In this document: positions 39,253-50,246 of the stretch, one piece after another
Numbering within the stretch: the first letter of the stretch is position 1
Layout: each line of letters opens with the position of its first letter
Assembly (NCBI GenBank): GCA_900321315.1
Contig: ONVP01000002.1
Location: 272-64,271, forward strand
Length of the DNA stretch: 64,000 nucleotides
From: an uncultured Bacteroidales bacterium
GTDB taxonomy: Bacteria > Bacteroidota > Bacteroidia > Bacteroidales > F082
Direction: 5' to 3'
Notes under the pieces: model-generated
Database searches by the model: none
What the model saw: the letters and a program-made list of their open reading frames with translations, nothing else
Told to the model about the DNA's origin: nothing
Translations under genes and position numbers: made by a program

Positions 39253-40329
39253 ATGAACATAGCCGCATTAGTTTCTGGGGGTGTCGACAGCTCGGTGGTG
39301 GTGCCGCTGCTCAAGGAGCAAGGCTACGACCCGCATATCTTCTATATCAAGATTGGAATGGAAGGCAAGGAGGACTTGTCGAATTGCCCTTCGGAAGAAG
39401 ACATTGAGATAACTACTTATATAGCAAGAAAATACGCTTGCAAGTTCGACATTGTCGATTTGCAGCACGAGTATTTCGAGACCGTCGGGAAATACACGAT
39501 GGAGATGGTGCGCAAGGGCCTCACGCCCAATCCCGACGTGATGTGCAACCGCTGGATAAAACTTGGCGCTTTTGAGGAAAAGGAAGGCCACAACTTCGAC
39601 AAAATCGCGACGGGGCACTACGCCCGCTCGTGGGAGGACGAAAACGGCATCTTCTGGCTCGGCACGGCAGCCGACACCTTCAAGGACCAGACTTATTTCT
39701 TGGGCCGAATCACCTACGCACAGTTGAGCAAGGTCATCTTTCCCATCGGCGACATTCCCAAGCCCCAAGTGCGAGAATTGGCCGCAAAATACAAATTGCC
39801 CAGCGCAGAACGCCATGACAGTCAGGGGATTTGCTTCTTGGGCAAGATCAACTATAACGACTACATCCGCGAGTACCTCGGCGAGATGCCCGGCGACATT
39901 GTGGAGCTGGAAACAGGCAAGAAATTAGGCCGTCACAAAGGCTTTTGGTTCCACACCATCGGGCAGCGCAAGGGTTTGGGCCTCGGCGGCGGACCGTGGT
40001 TTGTGGTCAAGAAAGACATCCCGAAAAACATCGTCTATGTGTCGCAGGGCTACGACCCCGTGGCGCAATACACCAACATCGTTCCTCTCGGCGACTTGCA
40101 ACCCATGAATCCTGTCTTGCAATTCGTTGATGGTCAGCGCGTCAGGTTCAAGATTCGGCACCAACCTGAGTTCACCTTTGGCACAATTCGCCTCACCGAA
40201 CACGGTGCCGACATTGAATCAGAGGTAGCCATTTCGGGCGTGGCGGCAGGACAGTTTGGGGTGGTTTACCATGAAACGGAGCCGTATGTTATTGGAAGTG
40301 GAGTTATAGTTGAAAGGTATGAGGCATGA
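39253..40329 (+). CDS. mnmA: tRNA 2-thiouridine(34) synthase
   Basis: PP-loop ALVSGGVDSSV, DQTYFL and catalytic Cys context GICFLG. I prefer the ATG at 39253 over the listed TTG at 39247. Confidence 0.95.
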   Translation: MNIAALVSGGVDSSVVVPLLKEQGYDPHIFYIKIGMEGKEDLSNCPSEEDIEITTYIARKYACKFDIVDLQHEYFETVGKYTMEMVRKGLTPNPDVMCNRWIKLGAFEEKEGHNFDKIATGHYARSWEDENGIFWLGTAADTFKDQTYFLGRITYAQLSKVIFPIGDIPKPQVRELAAKYKLPSAERHDSQGICFLGKINYNDYIREYLGEMPGDIVELETGKKLGRHKGFWFHTIGQRKGLGLGGGPWFVVKKDIPKNIVYVSQGYDPVAQYTNIVPLGDLQPMNPVLQFVDGQRVRFKIRHQPEFTFGTIRLTEHGADIESEVAISGVAAGQFGVVYHETEPYVIGSGVIVERYEA

Positions 40330-41015
40330 AGTTGAGTGATAGAATATTATACGAAGACAACCACCTAATCGTCGTCAATAAACTTCCGTCGGAAATCGTG
40401 CAAGCCGACAAGACGGGCGATGTGTGCCTCTTGGACGACGTGAAGCAATACATCAAGGAAAAATACGACAAGCCTGGAAACGTCTTCGCCGGCCTCGTTC
40501 ACCGCATCGATCGTCCCGTGAGTGGTGCTGTCGTGTTCGCCAAGACGAGTAAGGCCTTATCAAGAATGACGGTGAAAGTGAAAGACCGTGATTTCCGAAA
40601 AACCTATTTGGCTCTCGTCAAAAACCATCCACCCAAACAAGCCGATGTGCTTGAAGATTTCATCGTCAAGAACGAGAAGATGAACAAATCGTTCGTCGTT
40701 TCTGAAGGGACAAAAGAGGCCAAATTGGCGCGGCTGAGTTATCGCGTTGTGGGGAAATCGGAAACGTTTTATTTGCTTGAGGTAGAGTTGTTTACAGGTC
40801 GTCACCATCAGATTCGTTGCCAGTTGGCCCACATAGGCTGTCCTATCCGTGGCGACTTGAAATACGGTTATCCACGCAGCAATCCTGATGCCTCCATCAG
40901 CCTTCATGCTTGGCGCGTCGCATTTGAGCACCCTGTAACCAAGGAGCAAATCGAGATTACGGCACCCTTGCCCGACGTGTCGCCATGGAACCAAATCAAA
41001 GGCCTTTCATGCTGA
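40326..41015 (+). CDS. RluA-family RNA pseudouridine synthase
   Basis: HRIDRPVSG (catalytic Asp motif) and GRHHQIRCQLA are present. Its start overlaps the mnmA stop (ATGA). Confidence 0.85.
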   Translation: MKLSDRILYEDNHLIVVNKLPSEIVQADKTGDVCLLDDVKQYIKEKYDKPGNVFAGLVHRIDRPVSGAVVFAKTSKALSRMTVKVKDRDFRKTYLALVKNHPPKQADVLEDFIVKNEKMNKSFVVSEGTKEAKLARLSYRVVGKSETFYLLEVELFTGRHHQIRCQLAHIGCPIRGDLKYGYPRSNPDASISLHAWRVAFEHPVTKEQIEITAPLPDVSPWNQIKGLSC

Positions 41016-41017
41016 AT

Positions 41018-41055
41018 AATCGAAAAATCCCGCCAAACGACGGGATTTTTCGATT
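41018..41055. terminator. Bidirectional intrinsic terminator between convergent genes
   Basis: Perfect 15-bp arms aatcgaaaaatcccg / cgggatttttcgatt with an 8-nt loop. A/T runs lie on both sides. Confidence 0.75.
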
Positions 41056-41101
41056 TTCACGCTGTAGAAACGCGCCTTGACACGTCTGTACAACAATTAC
41101 A

Positions 41102-43243
41102 TTATGCCTGCTTCCGTGCCTCAATCAGCAACTCAAGCATCTTGATGGCTGACTCGCTGACGGGCGTGCCAGGACCGAAAATGGCCACGGCACCGGCATC
41201 GTAGAGGAACTGGTAGTCCTGAGCGGGAATCACGCCACCCACGGTGACCATGATGTCGGGACGACCGAGTTTTTCCAGCTCCTCGATGACCTGAGGCACG
41301 AGGGTCTTGTGACCGGCGGCCAAAGAACTCACGCCCATGATGTGGACGTCGTTTTCCACGGCCTGCTTGGCAGCCTCGGCGGGCGTTTGGAACAGCGGTC
41401 CCATGTCCACGTCGAAACCGATGTCGGCATAACCAGTGGCAACCACCTTGGCGCCGCGGTCGTGGCCGTCCTGACCCATCTTGGCGACCATGATACGCGG
41501 ACGACGGCCGTCCATCTTGGCGAACTCGTCGGCCATGCGCACGGCCTCCTCAAATCTTGCATCGTTTTTCGTTTCCATAGAATATACTCCTGAGATTGAA
41601 CGGATGACAGCTTTGTAACGGCCTGCAACCTTTTCGCAAGCCATGGAAATCTCGCCCAAGGTGGCGCGGCACTTGGCGGCTTCGACGGCCAAGGCAAGCA
41701 AGTTGCCCTCGCCCGTCTCGGCGCACTTGGTGATGGCTTCGAGGCAACGCTGCACGTCGGCTTCGTTGCGGTTGGCACGAAGTTCCTTCAAACGCTTGAT
41801 CTGCGACTCACGCACGGCCGTGTTATCGACTTCCAAAGTCTCAATCGGGTCTTCGTGGTCGAGGCGGTACTTGTTGATGCCAACGATGGTCTCGCGGCCC
41901 GAGTCGATTTGGGCCTGCTTGCGGGCCGAAGCCTCTTCGATACGCATCTTCGGCAGACCCGTTTCGATAGCTTTGGCCATGCCGCCCATGGCTTCCACCT
42001 CTTGGATGTGATTCCAAGCGCGGTGAGCTATCTCGTGGGTCAGCGACTCCACATAATACGAGCCAGCCCACGGGTCAACCACGCGGCAAACGTTAGTCTC
42101 TTCTTGGATGTAAATCTGCGTGTTACGGGCGATACGGGCACTGAAGTCGGTGGGCAGGGCGATGGCTTCGTCCAAAGCGTTGGTGTGCAGCGACTGGGTG
42201 TGACCCAAAGCGGCTCCCATAGCTTCGATGCAGGTACGTGCCACGTTGTTGAACGGGTCTTGCTCGGTGAGCGACCAACCTGAGGTCTGGGTGTGGGTAC
42301 GCAAAGCCAGAGACTTAGCGTTCTTCGGGTTGAAGGTACGTACAATCTTGGCCCAAAGCATACGAGCAGCACGCATCTTGGCAATCTCCATGAAGTGATT
42401 CATGCCCGAGCACCAGAAGAAGGACAGACGCGGCGCGAAAGCGTCGATATCCAACCCAGCCTTGACACCAGTGCGGAGGTAGTCCCAACCGTCCGCCAAA
42501 GTGTAAGCCATCTCGATGTCGGAGGTGGCACCAGCTTCCTGCATGTGATAACCCGAAATGGAGATGCTGTTGAACTTCGGCATGTTCTGCGAGGTGAACT
42601 CGAAGATGTCGGCGATGATGCGCATCGAGAATTCAGGCGGATAGATATAGGTGTTACGCACCATGAACTCCTTCAGGATGTCGTTCTGGATGGTGCCTTG
42701 CAGCTCTTCATACTTGGCTCCCTGCTCCAAGGCGGCGACGATGTAGAAGGCCAAAATTGGCAACACGGCACCGTTCATGGTCATGGAGACAGACATTTTG
42801 TTGAGTGGGATTTGGTCGAACAGCACTTTCATGTCCTCGACAGAACAGATGCTCACACCAGCCTTACCCACATCGCCCATGACACGCTCGTGGTCGGCAT
42901 CGTAGCCACGGTGAGTGGCCAAGTCGAAGGCCACGGACAGACCCTTCTGACCAGCGGCGATGTTACGGCGATAGAAGGCGTTAGATTCCTCAGCGGTGGA
43001 GAAGCCAGCATACTGACGGATGGTCCAGGGGCGCATCACGTACATGGTCGAATATGGACCACGTAAGTAAGGTGCGATGCCAGCGGCATAGTTGAGGTGC
43101 TCCATGCCTTCAAGATCCTTTTCGGAATAAGCAGGCTTCACCATGATATGCTCATGGGTCTCCCACATTTCACCATTCGGCATAATAATGCCGTTGTTAT
43201 TAGGTATAGCGTTGATGTTGATGTCTTTATAATTCGGTTTCAT
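41102..43243 (-). CDS. mutB: Methylmalonyl-CoA mutase, large (catalytic, B12-binding) subunit
   Basis: It is 713 aa with [19 protein letters not shown]. The C-terminal cobalamin-binding region is [24 protein letters not shown]. Confidence 0.95.
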   Translation of the reverse strand: MKPNYKDININAIPNNNGIIMPNGEMWETHEHIMVKPAYSEKDLEGMEHLNYAAGIAPYLRGPYSTMYVMRPWTIRQYAGFSTAEESNAFYRRNIAAGQKGLSVAFDLATHRGYDADHERVMGDVGKAGVSICSVEDMKVLFDQIPLNKMSVSMTMNGAVLPILAFYIVAALEQGAKYEELQGTIQNDILKEFMVRNTYIYPPEFSMRIIADIFEFTSQNMPKFNSISISGYHMQEAGATSDIEMAYTLADGWDYLRTGVKAGLDIDAFAPRLSFFWCSGMNHFMEIAKMRAARMLWAKIVRTFNPKNAKSLALRTHTQTSGWSLTEQDPFNNVARTCIEAMGAALGHTQSLHTNALDEAIALPTDFSARIARNTQIYIQEETNVCRVVDPWAGSYYVESLTHEIAHRAWNHIQEVEAMGGMAKAIETGLPKMRIEEASARKQAQIDSGRETIVGINKYRLDHEDPIETLEVDNTAVRESQIKRLKELRANRNEADVQRCLEAITKCAETGEGNLLALAVEAAKCRATLGEISMACEKVAGRYKAVIRSISGVYSMETKNDARFEEAVRMADEFAKMDGRRPRIMVAKMGQDGHDRGAKVVATGYADIGFDVDMGPLFQTPAEAAKQAVENDVHIMGVSSLAAGHKTLVPQVIEELEKLGRPDIMVTVGGVIPAQDYQFLYDAGAVAIFGPGTPVSESAIKMLELLIEARKQA

Positions 43244-43372
43244 CGTTTAATCCTTTCCTTATTTTAATTCGGAATGCTGAAATGCGGAGCATTCAACGTA
43301 GTTAATTCGGAATATCTCGATGCGACGCTGGGCTTCGCCCTTATTCCGCATTTCACATTCTTAATTCCTCAT

Positions 43373-45223
43373 TCATTTTGTTATACCTAATTGCTTTTGG
43401 AACTCAGTTAAGGTCTCAAGCACGTTGCTCTTGACGTGGATGAAATACTTCAAGCCAGCCTCTTTGAGGATGTCGGTTGTGCCCTCGGGGTTACCGGCAA
43501 GCACCACGATGGTGTCGTTCTTCAACTCCTCGAAAATCTTGAGGGCGTTGCCTTCGCCGTATTCCTCATCGGAGGAGCAGATGACCACGATTTCGGGTTT
43601 CTCGTTGCGGGCGGCGGCGATGCCTTCGTCCAAGGTCTTGAAGCCTGGGTTATCGACGACTTGGATGCCGGCGCAGGCGAAGAAGTTGGAAGCGAAATTG
43701 GCGCGAGCCTTACGCATGGCGAGGTTGCCGTAGGTGAACATCCAAGCAACGGGGCGCTTGTGGTTCTGGGCATAAACGTCTGTAGCATAGCGTAGCTGCT
43801 CAAATTGTTGTGCGGCGCGGAAAGTAACGATTGTCTCGATTTCAGCCTTCTCATCGCGGCGGTTGTCGGCTTCCATCACCCAAGCCTCGGGCGTGAATTT
43901 CAGGCTTTCGGTGAAGTTCGGGAACTGGTTGGTGCCGAGGATGGTTTCGCGGCGGGTGGCCACGTTGCTGAACTTCTTGGCGGCGCTCTCCTTGATGAGA
44001 CCTTGGATCATGCCCTTGCGGACGGCTTCGAGATAGCCGCCTTCGTCTTGGATCTTGTTGAACAAGTCCCAAGCTGCTACGGACAAGCTTTCAGTGAGGT
44101 TCTCGATGTAATAGGAACCTGCGGCTGGGTCGGCGACTTTGTCGAAATGCGACTCTTCCTTAAGGATGAGTTGCTGGTTGCGGGCGATACGGTCGGCGAA
44201 GTCGGTGGGCAACTCAAACGGCGCGTCAAACGGCATGACGGTGAACGAGTCGACGCCACCGAGGATGGCCGACATGGCTCCCGTTGTGGTGCGCAGCATG
44301 TTCACATACGCATCGTAGAGGCTCATGCCCAATTCGGCGTTGGTGGCATGGATGTGCATCTTGGCGTTTTCTTCCTTGCCGCCGTAAGCCTTCACGATGT
44401 TGGCCCACAAGAGGCGATAGGCACGCATCTTGGCCAGTTCCATGAAGTAGTTTTGTCCCACGGCGAGGTTGAAGCGCATCTTGGGAGCGATTTCATCCAC
44501 CGTGAGGCCTTTCTCGGTCAATTTGTCAAGGTACTCGGCACCCACGGCAAGCGCGAAGCCCATTTCCTGAACGATGGTGGCACCGGCGTTGGTGAACACT
44601 TGGCCGTTGATTCCAATGGTATGGAACTCAGGCATTTCGGCTTTGACCATGATGTAGGCCAGCTCGATGTCGGTGTTTTCGGTCACGTACCACACGCCAC
44701 GGCGCAGGTAGCGCGTCAGCGGGTCGTAGTTGAGCGAACCCGTGATGCCCGGCACCTTGGAGAGCATTTCCAACAACGGAAGGTGGTACTTGTTGTTGAA
44801 CAGGTTGATTTCCACCGCCTTTTGGTTGATGCCGTTGAGCAAGGTGGAGATTTCGATGGCGGTGTAGGCCTTGTCCATCTCGAGCTTGAAGCCGATGCTG
44901 TTGCAGCCACGATTGAGAGCGTTGAGGGCCACCTTGTTAGCTTCTTTCACATCCTTGACGGTGATGTCTTGGCGGATGAGCCAGTTGTTGCCTTCGGGTT
45001 TGTTGCCCCTGACATACGGGAACTCGTCGGGCATCATGCCCGTCCACGGGATGTCGGCGAGGTTTTCGGTGCGATAGTAGGGCTTTACAGAGAAGCCTTC
45101 CGCCGTCTTCCACACCAGTTTCTTGTTGTAGTCGGCGCCTTTGAGGTCTTTCTCGATCACGGCTTCCCATTCCTGGGTGCTGACGGGTGAGAATTCCTCA
45201 AAGAGTTTTTTCTTTTCTTCCAT
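43373..45223 (-). CDS. mutA: Methylmalonyl-CoA mutase, small subunit
   Basis: It is 616 aa and mutase-fold related but lacks the DxHxxG B12 motif. It lies directly upstream of mutB on the same strand. Confidence 0.9.
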   Translation of the reverse strand: MEEKKKLFEEFSPVSTQEWEAVIEKDLKGADYNKKLVWKTAEGFSVKPYYRTENLADIPWTGMMPDEFPYVRGNKPEGNNWLIRQDITVKDVKEANKVALNALNRGCNSIGFKLEMDKAYTAIEISTLLNGINQKAVEINLFNNKYHLPLLEMLSKVPGITGSLNYDPLTRYLRRGVWYVTENTDIELAYIMVKAEMPEFHTIGINGQVFTNAGATIVQEMGFALAVGAEYLDKLTEKGLTVDEIAPKMRFNLAVGQNYFMELAKMRAYRLLWANIVKAYGGKEENAKMHIHATNAELGMSLYDAYVNMLRTTTGAMSAILGGVDSFTVMPFDAPFELPTDFADRIARNQQLILKEESHFDKVADPAAGSYYIENLTESLSVAAWDLFNKIQDEGGYLEAVRKGMIQGLIKESAAKKFSNVATRRETILGTNQFPNFTESLKFTPEAWVMEADNRRDEKAEIETIVTFRAAQQFEQLRYATDVYAQNHKRPVAWMFTYGNLAMRKARANFASNFFACAGIQVVDNPGFKTLDEGIAAARNEKPEIVVICSSDEEYGEGNALKIFEELKNDTIVVLAGNPEGTTDILKEAGLKYFIHVKSNVLETLTEFQKQLGITK

Positions 45224-45270
45224 TGTCTATTTAGTTGATATTCTTGTTGTTGTGTTGGTTTCTTTATGCT

Positions 45271-46308
45271 TTATTCTTCGCGGAAGCCCCAGTCCATGTT
45301 GAGGAGTTCGGTTTTTGTTATTGCTGAGATGCCTAATCGTGGAGAGAGAATGTTTTCCACGTTGACACGCGACGAGAACACGCCAAAGCCGCCTTTGATG
45401 TTAGTGTAGTCGGGGACGGTTTGCGAGAGGCTTTCCGAGGGTGCGTTGATTTGGACGTAGTTATAAAGCTCTTCGCCTCCGGCAGTGACGTGCAGCTCGA
45501 AGTTGCCTATGAAACGCTCTACGTTATGGACATCGTTGCCGATGGCATCGCGAAGCTTGTTGAAGAGCAGCCCTTGGCTGTAGCTGACGACAAACATCAT
45601 GTTCTCGGTATCCAATTCGGAAACGCTTCTTGTTCCCAATGACCAGTCCAGTTTTTTATAAACGGTGTCTTGCCCGGGGCGTTTTTCCTTGTAGTTGAAT
45701 GCCATTTTCACCTCGTAAACCACGGCGTTGTCGGCAGGAACGAATTTGACCTTTCCTATCATGTCGCCCGCTTCGGCCCTGAAAATGACCGAGTTGGTGA
45801 TGATCCTGAAACCGTCGCCGCCCACAATGCCAGTTTCGGAGCTGATGGTGTCAGAAACCTTGTTGATGACCAGCCTGTATTTGTATTTCGTGGTCGCGGT
45901 GTTCGAGTTGAACCTTTCGGTGGTATAGTAAACCCGTTGGTTGGGATAGTAGAACGGCCCCGGCTTCTTGTTATGGACGGTCATCGTGTCAAGCACAATC
46001 TCGCGTCCGGTTGCGGTGTAGCTGTTGCCCAACGTCGACTTGAGTTCCACAATGCGCGCATCAAGCCGGCCTGGATAGTTGCACGAGTCGGCAATCAAGG
46101 CCACCTGATTGGCGTCGATGGGCGTTTCATCGCTGCCCGAAAAAGCCCTGACAATCTTCACATAGTTCGTGTCTTGCGTGATGTCGAGCAGTCCGTAAAC
46201 CACTGTAACATCCTTGTAATCGGCATAAAGATCCACCCTTGTGTTGCACGATGACATGACACCGGCGGCAAGCAATAAAGCTAGGGTTGCATGAAACAAT
46301 TTCCTCAT
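45271..46308 (-). CDS. Hypothetical lipoprotein
   Basis: MRKLFHATLALLLAAGVMSSCN is a signal plus lipobox after trimming to the ATG at 46308. No family assigned with confidence. Confidence 0.6.
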   Translation of the reverse strand: MRKLFHATLALLLAAGVMSSCNTRVDLYADYKDVTVVYGLLDITQDTNYVKIVRAFSGSDETPIDANQVALIADSCNYPGRLDARIVELKSTLGNSYTATGREIVLDTMTVHNKKPGPFYYPNQRVYYTTERFNSNTATTKYKYRLVINKVSDTISSETGIVGGDGFRIITNSVIFRAEAGDMIGKVKFVPADNAVVYEVKMAFNYKEKRPGQDTVYKKLDWSLGTRSVSELDTENMMFVVSYSQGLLFNKLRDAIGNDVHNVERFIGNFELHVTAGGEELYNYVQINAPSESLSQTVPDYTNIKGGFGVFSSRVNVENILSPRLGISAITKTELLNMDWGFREE

Positions 46309-46414
46309 AATTTCGAATGCTAAGAAATGGCAAAAATAGAACATTTTTTGCAAACTGCGTTTCACTTTTTGTCAGATTTATTATTTTTGTGCCCAAAATC
46401 AAAACACAATTGCC

Positions 46415-48958
46415 ATGAAGAAAAACATTTTGCTCGCAGTGTTCAGCTTGCTGGCCGCGCTCGGAACGGCGCAAGTGGAACATCTTTACGATTTCAACAA
46501 CCTCAACGAAGGCTCGCAAAACCTCAACGGTCAGGACGGCTGGAAGACACATTACCAAACCGCGACTTCATCGCAAGACTTTGATGTGGCCTACGTGTGC
46601 GGCTCCGACATGGCCCCCGATGAAAGCATGGCCATCTGGTATCCCTACGGTGGTTCGGGCGTGGGACGCACCGCCACGCGCAAAGCCTCGCCCGACTTTG
46701 ATTTCAACTTCCAAAACGGCGGCATCATGGACCTCGAAATGGACATGTTCCGCACATGGTGGGGCAGTTTCTTCGGCGTGGGCTTCGATGCCGACGGCGA
46801 CGGACACATCCTGCCCGGCATGACCGACCCCGACGGCGGCGTATATATCTTCATCAAGAGCCAAGGCGACAGCGGACACGCCAAAGTGTGCCTGCCCGAC
46901 GGCTCAAGCATCCCCTTCGACTACGAACAAGGCGGCTGGACGCGCTACAAGCTCTCGTTCGACTTCACTGCTTACGGCGGCGCAGGTGCCGTCACCGTGT
47001 TCGTCAAACCCAATTGCGAAGGCGAATGGATCCAGATGGCGGGCTGCACCAACGTTTGCATGAACCTCACGCCAGGCAGCGGCGACAAGAACGACTACCA
47101 AGTGTGGGACGGCCTCTTCTTCCACTCGCAAGGCGGCACGGGCGGCTTCGACAACCTCCTTGTGCGCCAGCAGCCCGACGGCAATGCCCAGCTCATAGAC
47201 ATGGCCGACATACCCAACCAACTGACATTCAACGACCCGATTACCCTTGTAGCCACCGCCTCATCAGGACTGCCGGTCAGCTTTGAGATGATGGAAGGCC
47301 CCGCCACGATTAATGGCAACATTTTGACCTTGACGGGCGAAACGGGCATCGTCAAGTTCAAGGCCACGCAGGCCGGCAACGCCACTTGGCTGCCCGCGCC
47401 TGATGTGGTGAAAAGCTTTGAAGTGGTCGATCCGTATGCCTACGATCCGGAAGTGAAAATCCGCAGGCCATACGAAGGAACAAAAGTGTATATGGAAGAC
47501 CTTCACCCTGTCATGATTGTCGTTTCGGCCTATATTGAGCATCCCGAAGTCATCAAGTTCACCGAAATCACGGCGAGCGTCGATGGCATGGAGATTCCTT
47601 TGAAGACCGACTATCCTGACAACCCTGAAAACGGCTATTACTATGGATTTTTCACTCCTTTGGGTTACACCAACTATGGCCTGAGTGTCAGCGTCACCCA
47701 AAGTGGCGGGAAAACGACGACTTGTCACACTGATTTTGAAGTCACCAACCAGATTGACAGCCAATTGGACGTGGTGACGATGAACGGCGACCTTGTTTGC
47801 ACGCCCTCGGTGCACAGCGCGAAAGGCGAGTATGTGATGCCTTCGCACGTGGGCGCGTTCAAGGAGATTTTGGCCCATTACGACCACACATGCGTAAACG
47901 GCAACTGCGACGGCTACGACCGCGTTGGCGGCGTGAGGGTGCGCAACTACAGAGGCGAGTGGGTCGAACTGTTCCGCTACATCACACCCTTCGGCGTGCA
48001 GTGCAACGACGACTTGGACGTGAGCGACTTCACCTCCGTGCTGCAAGGCTTGGTGGAAATGGAGTTCTACATGGAATCGTGGAGCGGCAGCGGCTACAAT
48101 CCCACTTTGGTTTTCAGCTTCACCAAAGGCACACCCGACTACCTCTATGCCGACGTGGACGAGATTTGGTTTGGCACCTTCGCTTTCGGCGACTATGCCA
48201 ACCAGCAACCCGTGCCCATCGTCAATTATCCTTTCAGCGAAAATGCCCAAGCCGCCAAGCTGAAAATCACCACCACCGGCCACAACTGGAGCAGCGGCAC
48301 GGCCAACACCTTCAACACGGGCAACGCCGCCGAATTCTACGAGGCCACGCACCACATTCTGGTGAACGGGCAGAACAAGTACGACCAGCACCTGTGGCGC
48401 ATCTGCACCCCCAATCCAGCCGGATGCCAGCCGCAAAACGGCACTTGGACTTACCCGCGCAGCGGATGGTGCCCAGGCAGCATCGCCCTCGTTTGGGACT
48501 ACGGCCTGACGGATTACGTCGCTGCCGGACAAGCCGAACTGTTCTATCAATTCGACCCGACCTATCTCGACCTATGCCACCCCAACCACCCCGACTGCGT
48601 CAATGGCGTGACTTGCACCGAGTGTGCCGCCCCCGACAATCCGGTGTTGCGTGTAGCGGGCAAGGTCGTTACTTACAGCAACAACGAGAACGTGCTCACC
48701 AGCCTTCACCCCGAAACGCCCGATGCGGCTTTTGCAGCCGACATCTATCCCAATCCCGCCAATGGGCAGTTCACGCTCCGCACCGACTACGACAAGGGCG
48801 CTGTCAGTGTGATGGTGCTCAACAGCCAGGGGCAGGTGATGGCGGCCTTCGCCGTGGAAGGCGAGCGCACTATCGACGTGAGCCGGTGGCCTGCCGGCAT
48901 CTACACCGTGAAGATTCTCGGCGGCAGCGTGGCGACGCGAAAATTGGTGGTGAAATGA
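46415..48958 (+). CDS. T9SS-secreted protein with a peptide-N-glycosidase F-related C-terminal catalytic-like region
   Basis: It has a signal peptide. HNWSSGTANTFNTGNAAEFYEATHHILVNG...GTWTYPRSGWCPGS resembles the PNGase F C-terminal domain pattern. The terminal DIYPNPANGQFTL...GIYTVKILGGSVATRKLVVK is a T9SS CTD. A -7 box TATTTTTG lies at 46382-46389. Confidence 0.6.
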   Translation: MKKNILLAVFSLLAALGTAQVEHLYDFNNLNEGSQNLNGQDGWKTHYQTATSSQDFDVAYVCGSDMAPDESMAIWYPYGGSGVGRTATRKASPDFDFNFQNGGIMDLEMDMFRTWWGSFFGVGFDADGDGHILPGMTDPDGGVYIFIKSQGDSGHAKVCLPDGSSIPFDYEQGGWTRYKLSFDFTAYGGAGAVTVFVKPNCEGEWIQMAGCTNVCMNLTPGSGDKNDYQVWDGLFFHSQGGTGGFDNLLVRQQPDGNAQLIDMADIPNQLTFNDPITLVATASSGLPVSFEMMEGPATINGNILTLTGETGIVKFKATQAGNATWLPAPDVVKSFEVVDPYAYDPEVKIRRPYEGTKVYMEDLHPVMIVVSAYIEHPEVIKFTEITASVDGMEIPLKTDYPDNPENGYYYGFFTPLGYTNYGLSVSVTQSGGKTTTCHTDFEVTNQIDSQLDVVTMNGDLVCTPSVHSAKGEYVMPSHVGAFKEILAHYDHTCVNGNCDGYDRVGGVRVRNYRGEWVELFRYITPFGVQCNDDLDVSDFTSVLQGLVEMEFYMESWSGSGYNPTLVFSFTKGTPDYLYADVDEIWFGTFAFGDYANQQPVPIVNYPFSENAQAAKLKITTTGHNWSSGTANTFNTGNAAEFYEATHHILVNGQNKYDQHLWRICTPNPAGCQPQNGTWTYPRSGWCPGSIALVWDYGLTDYVAAGQAELFYQFDPTYLDLCHPNHPDCVNGVTCTECAAPDNPVLRVAGKVVTYSNNENVLTSLHPETPDAAFAADIYPNPANGQFTLRTDYDKGAVSVMVLNSQGQVMAAFAVEGERTIDVSRWPAGIYTVKILGGSVATRKLVVK

Positions 48959-48979
48959 TTCAGAATTAAGCTGAAATTT

Positions 48980-49050
48980 CTTCTGACCATGACCATTGAC
49001 CCCTGACAACTTCCGCTTGGATGAAAACCATCAAAGGTCATGGTCAGAAG
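48980..49050. repeat. Perfect 15-bp inverted repeat with a ~41-nt spacer (REP-like or terminator)
   Basis: cttctgaccatgacc (48980-48994) pairs with ggtcatggtcagaag (49036-49050). Confidence 0.55.
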
Positions 49051-49196
49051 TCATCATATCGCGTTTTATACGCAAACTGAGTTTTCTCATCTGCTTGTTG
49101 TAAATCAGACTATTAGAAAAAAAACTTGACAAGCCCTCCGTTCTGCATTATCTTTGCGGCTCAAAAAACGGAAGAATATCAAAACTTTACATATTA

Positions 49197-50246
49197 ATGA
49201 AACTCTCCCATTTCAAATTCAACTTGCCGAGCGAACTGATTGCGCTCCACCCGACTCAGAACCGCGACGAGGCCCGACTGATGGTCGTTGACCGCAAGAC
49301 CGGAAAAATAGAACACCGCATCTTCAAGGACTTGGTGGACTATGTGACCGATGGCGACGTGTTCGTCATCAACAACACCAAGGTTTTCCCCGCCAAGCTG
49401 TATGGTGAAAAAGAGAAAACCGGAGCGAAAATCGAGGTGCTTCTGCTTCGCGAACTCGACCCTGAGAGCCGCCTGTGGGATGTGCTGGTTGACCCTGCAC
49501 GCAAAATCCGCATCGGCAACAAGCTCTATTTCGGCGAGGGCGACGAATTGGTGTCGGAGGTCATCGACAACACCACCTCGCGCGGGCGCACCTTGCGTTT
49601 CCTTTACGACGGCTCCTACGACGAGTTCAAGAAAACCTTGGCCTCGTTGGGCCACACGCCGCTGCCCAAGGAAATCACCCGCGAGGAAACTCCCGAAGAC
49701 GCCGAGAACTTCCAAACCATCTACGCCAAGGTGGAAGGCGCCGTTTCGGCCCCGACCGCCGGAATGCACTTCAGCAAAATCCTGATGAAACGCATCGAGC
49801 TTCTGGGCGGCACCTTCGCCGAGCTGACCCTGCACCCAGGGATGGGCAACTTCCGCGACATCGAAGTGGAAGACCTCACCAAGCACAAGCCCGACTCGGA
49901 AGAAATGCACATCAGCGAGGACTGCGCCAATTTGGTCAACGAGGCCAATGCCCGACACAACAACGTGTTTGCCGTGGGCACCACCTCGCTAAAGGCTCTC
50001 GAAACCGCCATGACCATCAGTGGGAAAATCAAGCCGTTCAACGGCTGGACGAACAAGTTCATCTTCCCGCCATACACCTTCTCGGTGGCCAACCGCATGA
50101 TCACCAACTTCCACCTGCCCAAGTCGTCGATGATGATGGAGGTGGCGGCCTTTGCCGGCTACGACGTGCTGATGAAGGCCTACAAGGAAGCCATCGCGGA
50201 GAAGTACCGCTTCTTCACCTATGGGGATGCCATGCTGATTATATAA
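49197..50246 (+). CDS. queA: S-adenosylmethionine:tRNA ribosyltransferase-isomerase
   Basis: Full-length match to the QueA pattern ([19 protein letters not shown]...[10 protein letters not shown]...TNFHLPKSS). A -7 box TATCTTTG lies at 49149-49156. Confidence 0.95.
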   Translation: MKLSHFKFNLPSELIALHPTQNRDEARLMVVDRKTGKIEHRIFKDLVDYVTDGDVFVINNTKVFPAKLYGEKEKTGAKIEVLLLRELDPESRLWDVLVDPARKIRIGNKLYFGEGDELVSEVIDNTTSRGRTLRFLYDGSYDEFKKTLASLGHTPLPKEITREETPEDAENFQTIYAKVEGAVSAPTAGMHFSKILMKRIELLGGTFAELTLHPGMGNFRDIEVEDLTKHKPDSEEMHISEDCANLVNEANARHNNVFAVGTTSLKALETAMTISGKIKPFNGWTNKFIFPPYTFSVANRMITNFHLPKSSMMMEVAAFAGYDVLMKAYKEAIAEKYRFFTYGDAMLII

